From NCBI GenBank assembly GCA_021204825.1, contig JAJPYR010000052.1, positions 550 to 64,549 of the forward strand: a DNA stretch of 64,000 nucleotides, given 5' to 3'. Numbering within the stretch: the stretch's first letter is position 1; each line of letters begins with the position of its first letter. This document shows, piece by piece, positions 18,753 through 27,477 of the stretch. The notes below the pieces were generated by a model that did not search any database, was not told where the DNA came from, and was given only the letters and a program-made list of their open reading frames with translations. Position numbers and translations under genes: made by a program. The stretch is from Clostridia bacterium (GTDB taxonomy: Bacteria > Bacillota > Clostridia > Christensenellales > Borkfalkiaceae).

Positions 18753-19346
18753 ATGGCTATGTATCTTGAGTATGAGACATATGAATATATAAAAGGTGAG
18801 GCTGTAGCGGTATTTAAGCAATATAGCGATTTGTCCTATCCAATTAATGCTTTTGCCGTGGCCAAGGACCTTGGTATTATTGTTGTGCCATATTCAAGTT
18901 TAGCTGATGACATGATGGAAAAATGCATGCAAGAAAGTAAAGATGGGTTTTACTATCCAGGTGATTTTTTTGATGACGAGAACACGACGGATCATATTTA
19001 CTATAATGATTCACAAGTTGAAAGTAGAATAACTTACACTATATTGCATGAGATAGGACATGTAGTGCTTGATCATGAACCAACGACTAATCGTGGACTG
19101 ATAGATGATGATAGACGCGAGGCGGAAGCAAATTTCTTTGCTAAGTATATTCTTGCTCCACCCCCGCTTGTTAATCTGATAATGCCACAGGGTCCAAAGG
19201 ATATAGTCAAATGGTTTCATGTTAGTAAGGAAGCAGGCCAATACGAATACACATATTATCAAAAGTGGCTTGATTTGCCATTTCATATGTATACAGAGTA
19301 TGAATCTTATCTTATAGATAGATTTGCCTGTTGCTTTAATAAGTAA
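18753..19346 (+). CDS. ImmA/IrrE-family (M78, COG2856) zinc metallopeptidase
   Basis: HEIGHVVLDH (HExxH) followed by EAEANFFAKYILAP. Starts 3 nt after the XRE gene. Confidence 0.85.
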   Translation: MAMYLEYETYEYIKGEAVAVFKQYSDLSYPINAFAVAKDLGIIVVPYSSLADDMMEKCMQESKDGFYYPGDFFDDENTTDHIYYNDSQVESRITYTILHEIGHVVLDHEPTTNRGLIDDDRREAEANFFAKYILAPPPLVNLIMPQGPKDIVKWFHVSKEAGQYEYTYYQKWLDLPFHMYTEYESYLIDRFACCFNK

Positions 19347-19432
19347 GTTGAGGTCTTGGTCCACATATCTATGGTGGGCATAAATACATTGACGCGAGCT
19401 GTATTGATACTACCAATGTTAATGCAGCAGAT

Positions 19433-19474
19433 GGAGATATGAATCCTTTGAGTAAGTTTTCATTTCATATCTCC
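19433..19474 (+). repeat. Dyad motif copy A (GGAGATATGAA-20 nt-TTCATATCTCC) containing conserved 22-mer GATATGAATCCTTTGAGTAAGT
   Basis: Perfect 11-bp arms. Located 39 nt upstream of the DUF4417 ATG. Confidence 0.85.
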
Positions 19475-19512
19475 AATATTGTAAATTATAAAAACTTTTA
19501 TAGGAGAGAGAA

Positions 19513-20283
19513 ATGAAAAAAATCTCGAAGAAAGTCCACCATAAAGATGGATCTGTTTCCCGTTGCCCTGAAGATATTTATCGTCTTCTGAATCTCAGTG
19601 TATTGCATTACACGAATATGACACACAGTGCAGAAGGAACGGATATGCCTGTTGTGCCTTGTGATACGCATTTTATCCCGGATTTCCTGGCTCTATACAG
19701 TGAACCAGGATTGTATCATAAAACACCATTAACTGCTGTGTGTTTCTATGAGTATGATTATCTGTTTGATGATATAGATGGAATATACAACGCAATCTAT
19801 TACAACAAGAAGGATTTGCTGGACAGATACAGGGAGAGATTCAAAGATGTCCGCATCTTCATATCGCCGGATTACTCGGAATTTGGTGATTTACACAAGC
19901 CGGAGAATGAATACAGACTGTGGAAAGCCAGAATAGTATCGCTTTGGATTATTAATGATCTTAAAGCAATTCTCATCCCTAGTATAACGTATGTATCAAG
20001 GGAGACTTTCCCTTTTTATTTTAGTGGATTGGAAGATTGTTCTGTTGTTGCCTTCAGTACAAAGGGGCATATCAGGAACAAAGAAGACAGGGCTTTGCTT
20101 GTTGCTGCAGTAAAGTATGCTGTTGACCATCTTCCTCTCAGTACAATAGTTGTTTATTCGGTGTGTGGTCATGACGAGACTTCATTGGAGTTGTTCCGCT
20201 ATGCAAAGGAGAAAGGTGTTGATGTTATAATCCCAAATAACTCTTTACGAGAGCGCAATATGGGAAGGTGCTCTCATGAATAG
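19513..20283 (+). CDS. DUF4417-like protein (function unknown)
   Basis: 256 aa. The pattern ...FYEYDYLFDDIDGIYN...ISPDYSEFGDLHKPENEYRLWKARIVSLW...IPSITYVSRETFPFYFSGLEDCSVVAFST... matches my memory of the DUF4417 family. Its stop overlaps the start of gene X (ATGAATAG). Confidence 0.6.
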   Translation: MKKISKKVHHKDGSVSRCPEDIYRLLNLSVLHYTNMTHSAEGTDMPVVPCDTHFIPDFLALYSEPGLYHKTPLTAVCFYEYDYLFDDIDGIYNAIYYNKKDLLDRYRERFKDVRIFISPDYSEFGDLHKPENEYRLWKARIVSLWIINDLKAILIPSITYVSRETFPFYFSGLEDCSVVAFSTKGHIRNKEDRALLVAAVKYAVDHLPLSTIVVYSVCGHDETSLELFRYAKEKGVDVIIPNNSLRERNMGRCSHE

Positions 20284-20801
20284 CGGCGCATGCAAGCTGA
20301 CAAACGGGCTTGAGGGATTACAGCTTAGCATTAACCAGATTCAAACCATAAATCAGATTTATGAAAACGAGATTGCTTTAGCTGATAAGATATCCGCAGA
20401 GGAGAAGCGCGATTTCTACATGAATAAGTTAGCAAAATCATGTCCTATATCAATCCCTTCAGATACAGAGATTAAATACCAAACTAAGGAAGGGTACATG
20501 CAGGTGACATACACATTTGGCGATGAGAATGTAAAATTTTCATGTAGATGGCATACAAGAAACCCAAAGGCAGCGAAGAAAACAAAAAGCTGCGTGCTAT
20601 TGGGTAATAGAAAAGCATTATATGGGCATAGGGGCAGGTGTGAATCATAGACTATCTGGACGTTATGTTTTGACTGGATTTTCAACTAATGGAGAGCCCA
20701 TATGGACAACCATTGATGATTGGAACAATGCGAAATATGCAAAGTCTACAACAGAAGCACAGAGGCAATTACTGGATGCTGGGCATTGGGAATACAAGTG
20801 A
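20276..20801 (+). pseudogene. Gene X copy 1, frameshifted after the A-run at about 20584-20595
   Basis: Frame 2 ends at 20650 (…KKTKSCVLLGNRKALYGHRGRCES*). Frame 0 from about 20595 continues CYWVIEKHYMGIGAGVNHRLSGRYVLTGFSTNGEPIWTT...DAGHWEYK*, collinear with the C-terminus of intact copy 2. Confidence 0.75.
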
Positions 20802-20925
20802 GTTTTATTGTAAACTCTCCGATCCAATTTTGGATATGCGTTAAAAAATAGGGATGCTGTTTGCATTAAATATTCTCCATAATGAAAAAGCCCGATGAGT
20901 GCTACCAACACCCACCGGGGTAAAG

Positions 20926-20957
20926 GATATGAATCCTTTGAGTAAGTATATTCATAA
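20926..20957 (+). repeat. Dyad motif copy B (same 22-mer, shorter 7-bp stem)
   Basis: GATATGAATCCTTTGAGTAAGT is identical to copies A and C. It lies 46 nt upstream of the Y copy 1 ATG. Confidence 0.8.
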
Positions 20958-20992
20958 TAATATCAAAATTATTTGTTGTCAAGTTTATTTTT

Positions 20993-21409
20993 ATGAGCGG
21001 ACAGCGTATTTACGTGAGGTATAGGACATTGATTATATTTAATTTACCAGATTACAGATTCTATGATGGCTTTGAGGGAGAGGGGGAACTGGAGCTTGAT
21101 TTAGATGGGAATAGAGAAGAATCAATCCATATTTGGGAGGGGTATCTCAATGATGTGCTGCATGACCCAGACTTGAGTGGCAACGGCTGGACTGGTTTCA
21201 TGAGGGACTGGCAGCAAGGTGAAAGAACTCTGGATTCATACAGACAGAATGTTCCCATAGAAGATATAGATGAGTATATAGCGGACTGGAAGCAGTATGA
21301 GAACAGACAATTTATGTTTCCAGACTCCAAAGAATGCTATGAGTTCATTCTGGCTTTCCTGGAATACGCCAAATCCACGGGCCGCATAATATATGCTACA
21401 TACTGGTAA
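20993..21409 (+). CDS. Gene Y copy 1, small acidic protein of unknown function (immunity-like by context)
   Basis: 138 aa ending ...ECYEFILAFLEYAKSTGRIIYATYW*. Paralogue of 22558-22935. The true start may be the TTG at 21029 (LIIFNLPDYRFYDG). Confidence 0.65.
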   Translation: MSGQRIYVRYRTLIIFNLPDYRFYDGFEGEGELELDLDGNREESIHIWEGYLNDVLHDPDLSGNGWTGFMRDWQQGERTLDSYRQNVPIEDIDEYIADWKQYENRQFMFPDSKECYEFILAFLEYAKSTGRIIYATYW

Positions 21410-21436
21410 TCACACAGGAAGACAGCAGGAGACACA

Positions 21437-21589
21437 ATGAAAGTTGCTTTGGACATAAGCACCGTTACTTGCGAGGATATAGACTTCACGCCCCTTAATG
21501 AGACTGCAGCTTCAATGCTCCCTTCGGTGAGAATCCAGATGCCTTTAATGAAAATATAGATGCCATTATAATCGACAAGGTCTAACATA
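21437..21589 (+). pseudogene. Degenerate 5' fragment of the 2-hydroxyacid dehydrogenase gene
   Basis: ATGAAAGTTGCTTTGGACATAAGCACCGTTACTTGCGAGGATATAGACTTCACGCCCC is near-identical to the start of the gene at 22962, including the upstream GGAGACACA SD. It then decays with indels and stops. Confidence 0.85.
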
Positions 21590-21625
21590 AGCTGTGTTAA
21601 TACTACCAATTTTAATGCAGCCAAT

Positions 21626-21667
21626 GGAGATATGAATCCTTTGAGTAAGTTTTTATTTCATATCTCT
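21626..21667 (+). repeat. Dyad motif copy C
   Basis: GGAGATATGAA...TTCATATCTCT, 10-bp arms, same 22-mer. Confidence 0.85.
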
Positions 21668-21706
21668 AATATATATAACTTTACATCAATTTTATTGGAG
21701 AGAGAA

Positions 21707-21844
21707 ATGAAAAAAATCTCGAAGAAAGTCCACCATAAAGATGGAGCTGTTTCCCATTGCCCTAAAGATATTAATCGTCTTATGAATCTTATTTCTCATA
21801 ACTCTTTACGAGAGCGCAATATGGAGAGGTGCTCTCATGAATAG
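21707..21844 (+). pseudogene. In-frame deletion remnant of DUF4417 gene (45 codons: N-terminal ~28 aa joined to C-terminal ~15 aa)
   Basis: MKKISKKVHHKDGAVSHCPKDINRLMNL / ISH / NSLRERNMERCSHE*. It keeps the SD, the ATG and the ATGA-type overlap with gene X copy 2. Confidence 0.8.
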
Positions 21845-22370
21845 TGGTGCATGCAAGCTGACAAGCGGGCTTGAGGGATTACAGCTAAGCATCAACCAGA
21901 TTCAAACCATAAATCAAATTTATGATAATGAGATAGCTCTTGCAGATAAGATATCCGCTGAGGAGAAGCGTGATTTCTACATGAACAAGTTAGCTAAATC
22001 ATGTCCCTTATCAATCCCTTCAGATGCAGAGATTGAGTATCAAACCAAGAATGGGTACATGCAGGTGGCATATACCTTTAGTGATGATAATGCTAAATAT
22101 ACATGCAGATGGCATACAAGAAATCTCAATGCCATGAACAAAACAAAAAAGGCTTGCTATTGGGTTATTGAAAAGCATGTAATGGGGAAAGGCTATGGCA
22201 AGGATTACCACCCTGCAGGGTGGTATGTGCTGACTGGTATTTCAAATAATGGAGAGCCTATATGGACAACAGAAGTTGAGTGGAGAAAAGCACGAAATGC
22301 AAATTATAATAATCATGCAACAGAAGGGCAAAAGGAATTGCTCGAGTCTGGACACTGGGAATACAAATAA
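21837..22370 (+). CDS. Gene X copy 2 (intact), 177-aa protein of unknown function (toxin-like by context)
   Basis: The N-terminal ~57 aa are nearly identical to copy 1 and the C-terminal third is much more diverged. Conserved CRWHTRN and GHWEYK* features. No family recognised. Confidence 0.7.
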   Translation: MNSGACKLTSGLEGLQLSINQIQTINQIYDNEIALADKISAEEKRDFYMNKLAKSCPLSIPSDAEIEYQTKNGYMQVAYTFSDDNAKYTCRWHTRNLNAMNKTKKACYWVIEKHVMGKGYGKDYHPAGWYVLTGISNNGEPIWTTEVEWRKARNANYNNHATEGQKELLESGHWEYK

Positions 22371-22454
22371 CTATATCCAAGGATGAAATATTTTCCGTGC
22401 AATCGAGAATGTGTAATAAAAAAGGAAGTTAAGACCTCGCTATCGAGAACAAAA

Positions 22455-22473
22455 ATCAATTCTTTGAATAAGT
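22455..22473 (+). repeat. Degenerate dyad-motif copy D
   Basis: ATCAATTCTTTGAATAAGT matches ATGAATCCTTTGAGTAAGT at 16/19 positions, upstream of Y copy 2. Confidence 0.5.
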
Positions 22474-22557
22474 GTTTTAATGAAATTATAAACATTAAGT
22501 TTTCGAATACAAGTGAGAAGTTTAGAGACTAAACAACAAAAAGTAGGCTATTTGATT

Positions 22558-22935
22558 ATGGATATGTTTAATTTACCCGATGATCGCTTTTATAACGGCT
22601 ATGAAGATGAACCCGAAGTGGAGCTTTCATTGGATGGCAACGAACAGGAGTCTATCCATATTTGGTTTGGTTACATATCGGATATCTTGGATCATCCTGA
22701 TTTGAGCGGCAACGGATGGACAGGTTTTATGCGGGATTACCAGCAGGGTGAACGTACTATCGAAAATCTTGGCCAAATTGTTCCTATAGATCTGGATGAG
22801 TATATTGCAGACTGGAAGCAATATTCGGACAGGGTTTTTGACTTGCCGGAGACCAAGGAATGTTATGATTTCATCCTTGCCTTCATGGAATACGCCAGGC
22901 GTGAGGGCCGTACCGTCACCGTGACATACTGGTAA
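22558..22935 (+). CDS. Gene Y copy 2, small acidic protein of unknown function (immunity-like by context)
   Basis: MDMFNLPDDRFYNGYEDEPEVELSLDGNEQESIHIW...GNGWTGFMRDYQQGERT...ECYDFILAFMEYARREGRTVTVTYW*. The upstream 15 codons of the track ORF (GTG start) are less likely. Confidence 0.65.
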   Translation: MDMFNLPDDRFYNGYEDEPEVELSLDGNEQESIHIWFGYISDILDHPDLSGNGWTGFMRDYQQGERTIENLGQIVPIDLDEYIADWKQYSDRVFDLPETKECYDFILAFMEYARREGRTVTVTYW

Positions 22936-22961
22936 ACACACGGAGAACAGCAGGAGACACA

Positions 22962-23906
22962 ATGAAAGTTGCTTTGGACATAAGCGCCGTTACATGCGGG
23001 GATATAGACTTCACGCCCTTTGAGGAACTTGGAGAGGTTGTGCTCTTCAATGAGCCCTCGAAGGAGGAGCTGCATGCGCTTGCCGCGGACACAGATGCCA
23101 TTATAGTGAACAAGGTCCTTATAGACAGGGACTTTTTGGCGCATGCGCCTTTGCTCAGATACGTGGGGCTGTTTGCTACAGGGTACAACAACATAGACCT
23201 GCAGGCGTGCAGGGAGAGGGGCATAGTGGTTTCAAACGTGCCCGCATATTCCACAAACGCCGTCACACAGCATGTCTTTGCCCTTCTGCTGTCCCTTATG
23301 GGAAAGATACCGGAATATGCTGCATCCGTGCAGCAGGGAGACTGGATACGCAGCAGGGCGTTCTGCTACTTCCCCTGGCCAACATATGAAATCTCCGGCA
23401 AGACATTCGGCATCATAGGATACGGCAGCATTGGAAGGAGCGTGGCCAGGGTGGCGGACGCTTTCGGATCCAGGGTTATTGTCAACACCCGCACAAAGCC
23501 TCAAGACTGCGCGTATGAGCTCGTGTCCAAGGAAACCATATTCCGCACAGCGGACATTGTGTCGCTGCACTGCCCTCTCACAGACCAGACAGCAAAGCTT
23601 GTGAACGCAGACACCCTGGCCATGATGAAGCCCACGGCGTACCTTGTCAACGCCGCCCGCGGAGGCCTCGTGGATGAGCCGGCCTTGGCCGCCGCCCTCA
23701 ACGAAGGACGCATAGCGGGAGCGGGAGTGGACACCATCTCAGAAGAGCCCATGAAGGCCTCCAACCCTTTGCTTGGCGCAAGGAACTGCATCATAACACC
23801 CCATATAGCCTGGGTGCCGCATGAGACCCGGGACAGGCTTGTTCATACCGCCCTCTCCAACCTCAAGGCATTCCTTGCAGGCAGGCCGCAGAATACAGTC
23901 TCTTAA
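22962..23906 (+). CDS. D-isomer-specific 2-hydroxyacid dehydrogenase (glycerate/hydroxypyruvate reductase-like)
   Basis: GIIGYGSIGRSVA NAD motif, ...NAARGGLVDE..., ...ITPHIAW catalytic His region. Confidence 0.85.
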   Translation: MKVALDISAVTCGDIDFTPFEELGEVVLFNEPSKEELHALAADTDAIIVNKVLIDRDFLAHAPLLRYVGLFATGYNNIDLQACRERGIVVSNVPAYSTNAVTQHVFALLLSLMGKIPEYAASVQQGDWIRSRAFCYFPWPTYEISGKTFGIIGYGSIGRSVARVADAFGSRVIVNTRTKPQDCAYELVSKETIFRTADIVSLHCPLTDQTAKLVNADTLAMMKPTAYLVNAARGGLVDEPALAAALNEGRIAGAGVDTISEEPMKASNPLLGARNCIITPHIAWVPHETRDRLVHTALSNLKAFLAGRPQNTVS

Positions 23907-24100
23907 GCTTGCGCAAAAGAGAGCATATTCTGTTTCCGTAAACCCGTTCTGCCTTCGCAAAACGGGCATGGTTTGGCCTGCTAAGAAACAAATGTTCATA
24001 CTCAAACCCAATTCAGCAACTTTTGCTGGCTGGCAAAAAAAGCTCCCCCGGCATGCGGGAGAGCATGTATTTCATATTCATATGGTGTTTGGCGGCAGGA

Positions 24101-25294
24101 TTAGTTTGTGGCCTCGTTGGGTACGCCGTCCCAAAGGGTGCTCTCTATGCTGGAGAGTGTGTAGTTGAGGGTGCCGAGATTGTATGCAAGGGGTGATGAG
24201 ATGGCAAGCATCGTAGCCCTGCCGGTGTTGTTTGAGCGGTTTTCTATTTCCGTGAACCAGTATGTCTGATATACGCCGGCCATGTTGCCGGAACCTTCTA
24301 CGGATACGGCCACGGTGCCTACTGTGTCATTCGCGGTTACGTTGCCGTCCGAGTCTGTTGTGGTTGCCGTTGCGAAGAGGCCGCCTTCTGCCATGACGGC
24401 GGATACGGATGCAAGTGCATCATCATCCATTGCCGTATCTTCGCCTATATAATAATATGTAAGCATTCCGGCCTTGGGGACGAAGAGGTTCACGGACTGG
24501 GAGAGGGATGATGAGAGGTCACTCATTGCCCTGATGGAGACCTCCATGGAGCTGTTGTCGAAGAACGTGTCATCCGTGTCAAGGTCGTACGCTGTTGTGT
24601 CATTGTTGGCACTGTCCAGGTTGTCCGCGTATTCCACGGTGGCCTTGTAGCCGTCATACGTATAGTACGTAGTGTATGTGCAGTCCACAAAGTTTACGGC
24701 TTCATCAATGGAGCCGGGGGTATATACGGCGGGAGAATGGCTCACAATCTCCTGTCTGGAATACAGGGGCCTCAAGTAGTCTTCGCAGGAAAGGAAGTAG
24801 CACTCCGTTATGGCCTTGTCTCCGTCATATGTTGCCGTGTCTGCATCTGTGCCCGTGGCGTCGGTGCCCGTGTATGTGAATGTGACGGCGTCAAAGGTAA
24901 GCTCCGTCTTGTAATAGTATGCGGTTATTGTGCCGGCCTCAGAGTATGTTTCCCTGTAATCATCGCTGTCATATACCAGCGTGCCTGTGTCAAACGTAGT
25001 GGCATAGAAGGTGGTTGTGTATTTGCCGCCCTCATAGTTCACTTTGTATGATGCGTTGTATGCCACATCCTCGCTGTCATCCAGGGTGACATCGTAGTGC
25101 AGGATTTCCGGAGAGTAGTACTCGCTTCCGCTGTCCTTATTGAAGTAGTCCTGAATCCCCTTGGTTTTGGTGTAATTGTACCAGTTGGAGTCCAGGGCAA
25201 GCTTGACGGCGGTTGAGCCGGAAGAGCAACCTGCGATGCCTACTATGCAGCATGTGGCGATTATGGCCGGTATGAGAAAGAGCCTTTTTTTCAT
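24101..25294 (-). CDS. Hypothetical lipoprotein, T/Y/D-rich
   Basis: Signal peptide with lipobox IAGCSS. No family recognised. Confidence 0.7.
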   Translation of the reverse strand: MKKRLFLIPAIIATCCIVGIAGCSSGSTAVKLALDSNWYNYTKTKGIQDYFNKDSGSEYYSPEILHYDVTLDDSEDVAYNASYKVNYEGGKYTTTFYATTFDTGTLVYDSDDYRETYSEAGTITAYYYKTELTFDAVTFTYTGTDATGTDADTATYDGDKAITECYFLSCEDYLRPLYSRQEIVSHSPAVYTPGSIDEAVNFVDCTYTTYYTYDGYKATVEYADNLDSANNDTTAYDLDTDDTFFDNSSMEVSIRAMSDLSSSLSQSVNLFVPKAGMLTYYYIGEDTAMDDDALASVSAVMAEGGLFATATTTDSDGNVTANDTVGTVAVSVEGSGNMAGVYQTYWFTEIENRSNNTGRATMLAISSPLAYNLGTLNYTLSSIESTLWDGVPNEATN

Positions 25295-25635
25295 TGTCTT
25301 CCCATGGGCAGACTGCTGCCCGCAAAAATTTCCTGTCCATTATATCATACAAAATATCAATTGTAAAAGCATTTGATTCCGCCTTTTTACAGAATCTGCA
25401 AGAATCTGAAGAATATAAAGCATTTGTAAAGATCACATAAAAATAAAAGCTTGATATATTTCCGCATTTTGAGGAAAAACATAAAAATATTCAACCTGTG
25501 CGGTTGGAATCGGACTTTTGACGTCTGATTGCTGACCGCATAGTTTTTTACTCTTCAAATTCATCGTGTAAAGTGGTCCGGTTCTGGACCCTTTAAATTG
25601 CTTGGTTTGTAGGTAAGTATTTTTTACATTTTTTC

Positions 25636-25664
25636 TTTACATTCTGCCTATATACGTGTATAAT
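25636..25664 (+). promoter_or_regulatory. IS-internal promoter
   Basis: TTTACA, 17 nt, TATAAT, upstream of the SD AAAGAGG and the ATG at 25699. Confidence 0.5.
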
Positions 25665-25698
25665 ACTTTGTAATGTAGGTAAGAAAGAGGCTTTACAG

Positions 25699-25941
25699 AT
25701 GTTCGTTCACGCCATACCAAACAACCGTGGCAAGAAAGATGGATACTTCTGTTCTCTGGTAGAATCACATCGTGTTAATGGAGTTCCAACACATAAAACG
25801 ATTCTTTCCTTTGGGTTCATCCCTGCTGAAAGGGTTCCATATCTGAAAGCTGCCTTCAATACCGGAGATCCTGAGGAAATCTTAGCTCAGGAGAAAAGTA
25901 GGTTAGAAAACAGAAGGACGGAGGCACAGAAAGATGAGTAA
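25699..25941 (+). CDS. IS ORF1, small N-terminal/accessory protein
   Basis: 80 aa. GYFCSLVESHRVNGVPTHKTILSFG resembles N-terminal segments of IS4/IS1634-type transposases. Its stop overlaps the ORF2 ATG (GATGAGTAA). Confidence 0.55.
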   Translation: MFVHAIPNNRGKKDGYFCSLVESHRVNGVPTHKTILSFGFIPAERVPYLKAAFNTGDPEEILAQEKSRLENRRTEAQKDE

Positions 25942-26215
25942 ACAGACAGGCAAAACAGAACCCAAGAAACAGGCAACCCTTGAGGTAATTGCAAGAATTA
26001 CGGATGCCGATGGAACTGTTGTGGAGAAGATAACATCCTCCATAGGTTTCCCCTCTACTGATGACTTTGATTTGGAGACCCGTGAGGGGTTCCTGAATGA
26101 CTTTGATCCTATGGAGAAAGCCGGTCTGGAGGGGCGCGAGGCTATCCCGCAGGTCTGTTCCGAATACCTTGAAGTTGCAGCATCCAAAAAAAAACCAAAA
26201 AAGGAAGACGAGTAA
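25934..26215 (+). CDS. IS ORF2, N-terminal part of transposase (upstream of A9 slippery run)
   Basis: 93 aa ending ...EVAASKKKPKKEDE*. The A9 run lies at 26186-26194. Confidence 0.55.
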   Translation: MSKQTGKTEPKKQATLEVIARITDADGTVVEKITSSIGFPSTDDFDLETREGFLNDFDPMEKAGLEGREAIPQVCSEYLEVAASKKKPKKEDE

Positions 26216-26265
26216 CATCTGTTGAGTCTGAACTGGGGCGTGTACCGTTCTCCTGCTTTGGTTCA

Positions 26266-27477
26266 TTGGCCGGTTCTATTCAACCCAAAGAACGCATTCC
26301 GTCTTACGGGTTTACGGAGCTTTGCTGCCGTTTTAGTACTTCGTGTAGTTATCGCAAATCCGTTGAGATGATAAACAGAGTCTTCCACAGACCCGTTGCA
26401 GATGAGATAAAAGACCGCACTTTCTCTGACTACATACATCGTGTTGGGGAGGGAATTATATCAACAGAGCAAAGTGCTTCCAATAACATACTGCAGGTAT
26501 TTGGCTTTGATTCCAAAACCGGACAGCTGAAAGAGAATGTCACTTTGCCTAATGATTTCACTGGAAATGTGGAAGATGAAGATGGTGATTCCACCCCCAC
26601 ATATACAGAAGAAGACATCCAGGGTGCAATTGATGAAATCAATGGATCCAGAGACAAGAAGATTACTGCAAAGGCAGATGATATCCAGGCTGAAATAGAA
26701 ACCAATTCAGACACTGCAGTATATATCTCAATAGATCACATAGGAGTGACGCGCCAGAAGGACATTAGAAAAGGCAATGCTGTCCGGGAGACAAAGTATG
26801 TACAGAACTGTGTAGCTCATATTCAGCAGAGTGATAACAGATATGTCCTTACAAGTGTTGACACGGACAGCCTTTTTAAGGCTGTTCTGGCTTTTCTTCT
26901 TGCCAACAATCTGCTCAAATATAATCTCGTATTCTTTACGGACGGTGCAACTGACCTCAAGTCTAAAATTGCATCGTTCTTTTCATTCCGTCCATACAAA
27001 CTTATTCTCGATTGGTATCACATAGAGAAAAGAATATATGAGATTTTGAGTATGGCTGTTTCAGGGAACAAGGCAAAGAAACAAGGAGTCCTGGAGAATA
27101 CGCTTGGATACTTGTGGGTTGGCGATGTTGACGGAGCTGCCAATTTCATAAAGTCACTTCCTAACAGTGACATTAAAAATGCCGCGAAGGTACAGGAAGT
27201 TCTTAACTATCTGGACAAAAAGGCTCCGAATATGGCCTGTTATGCGGTACGGAAGCAACTTGGACTCAGAGTATCCAGCAACCGCGTTGAAAAGGAGAAC
27301 GATATGTTGGTGGCAAGCAGACAGAAGCACAATGGTATGTCATGGACCAAGGACGGAAGTGGTTCCTTGGCGGCAATTGAAATGATATACCAAAACAAAC
27401 AGGAAAAACTCTGGTTCCAAAAGAAGCAGATTCTTGGCATCACCATGGTTGCCTCAGTGACCCTTAAAGCAGCCTGA
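26266..27477 (+). CDS. IS ORF3, DDE transposase catalytic part (ISLre2/ISKra4-like); frame is open from 26173
   Basis: ISIDHIGV..., FFTDGATDL, LDWYHIEKRIYE, VSSNRVEKENDMLVASRQKHNGMSWTKDGSGSLAAIE are typical of this transposase group. A -1 shift at the A9 run would fuse it to ORF2. Confidence 0.8.
   Translation: MAGSIQPKERIPSYGFTELCCRFSTSCSYRKSVEMINRVFHRPVADEIKDRTFSDYIHRVGEGIISTEQSASNNILQVFGFDSKTGQLKENVTLPNDFTGNVEDEDGDSTPTYTEEDIQGAIDEINGSRDKKITAKADDIQAEIETNSDTAVYISIDHIGVTRQKDIRKGNAVRETKYVQNCVAHIQQSDNRYVLTSVDTDSLFKAVLAFLLANNLLKYNLVFFTDGATDLKSKIASFFSFRPYKLILDWYHIEKRIYEILSMAVSGNKAKKQGVLENTLGYLWVGDVDGAANFIKSLPNSDIKNAAKVQEVLNYLDKKAPNMACYAVRKQLGLRVSSNRVEKENDMLVASRQKHNGMSWTKDGSGSLAAIEMIYQNKQEKLWFQKKQILGITMVASVTLKAA

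Larger units (their letters stand above)
19397..21589 (+). repeat. Tandem segmental duplication, unit 1 (dyad motif - DUF4417 - X - Y - 5' dehydrogenase fragment)
   Basis: Collinear with 21590-23115. The unit starts are near-identical (AGCTGTATTGATACTACCAATGTTAATGCAGCAGATGGAGATATGAATCC vs AGCTGTGTTAATACTACCAATTTTAATGCAGCCAATGGAGATATGAATCC). Confidence 0.85.
21590..23115 (+). repeat. Tandem segmental duplication, unit 2 (carries ~640-bp internal deletion in DUF4417 gene; ends inside intact dehydrogenase gene)
   Basis: Same gene order as unit 1. Homology extends to about GATGCCATTATAGTGAACAAGGTCC in the dehydrogenase CDS. Confidence 0.85.
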
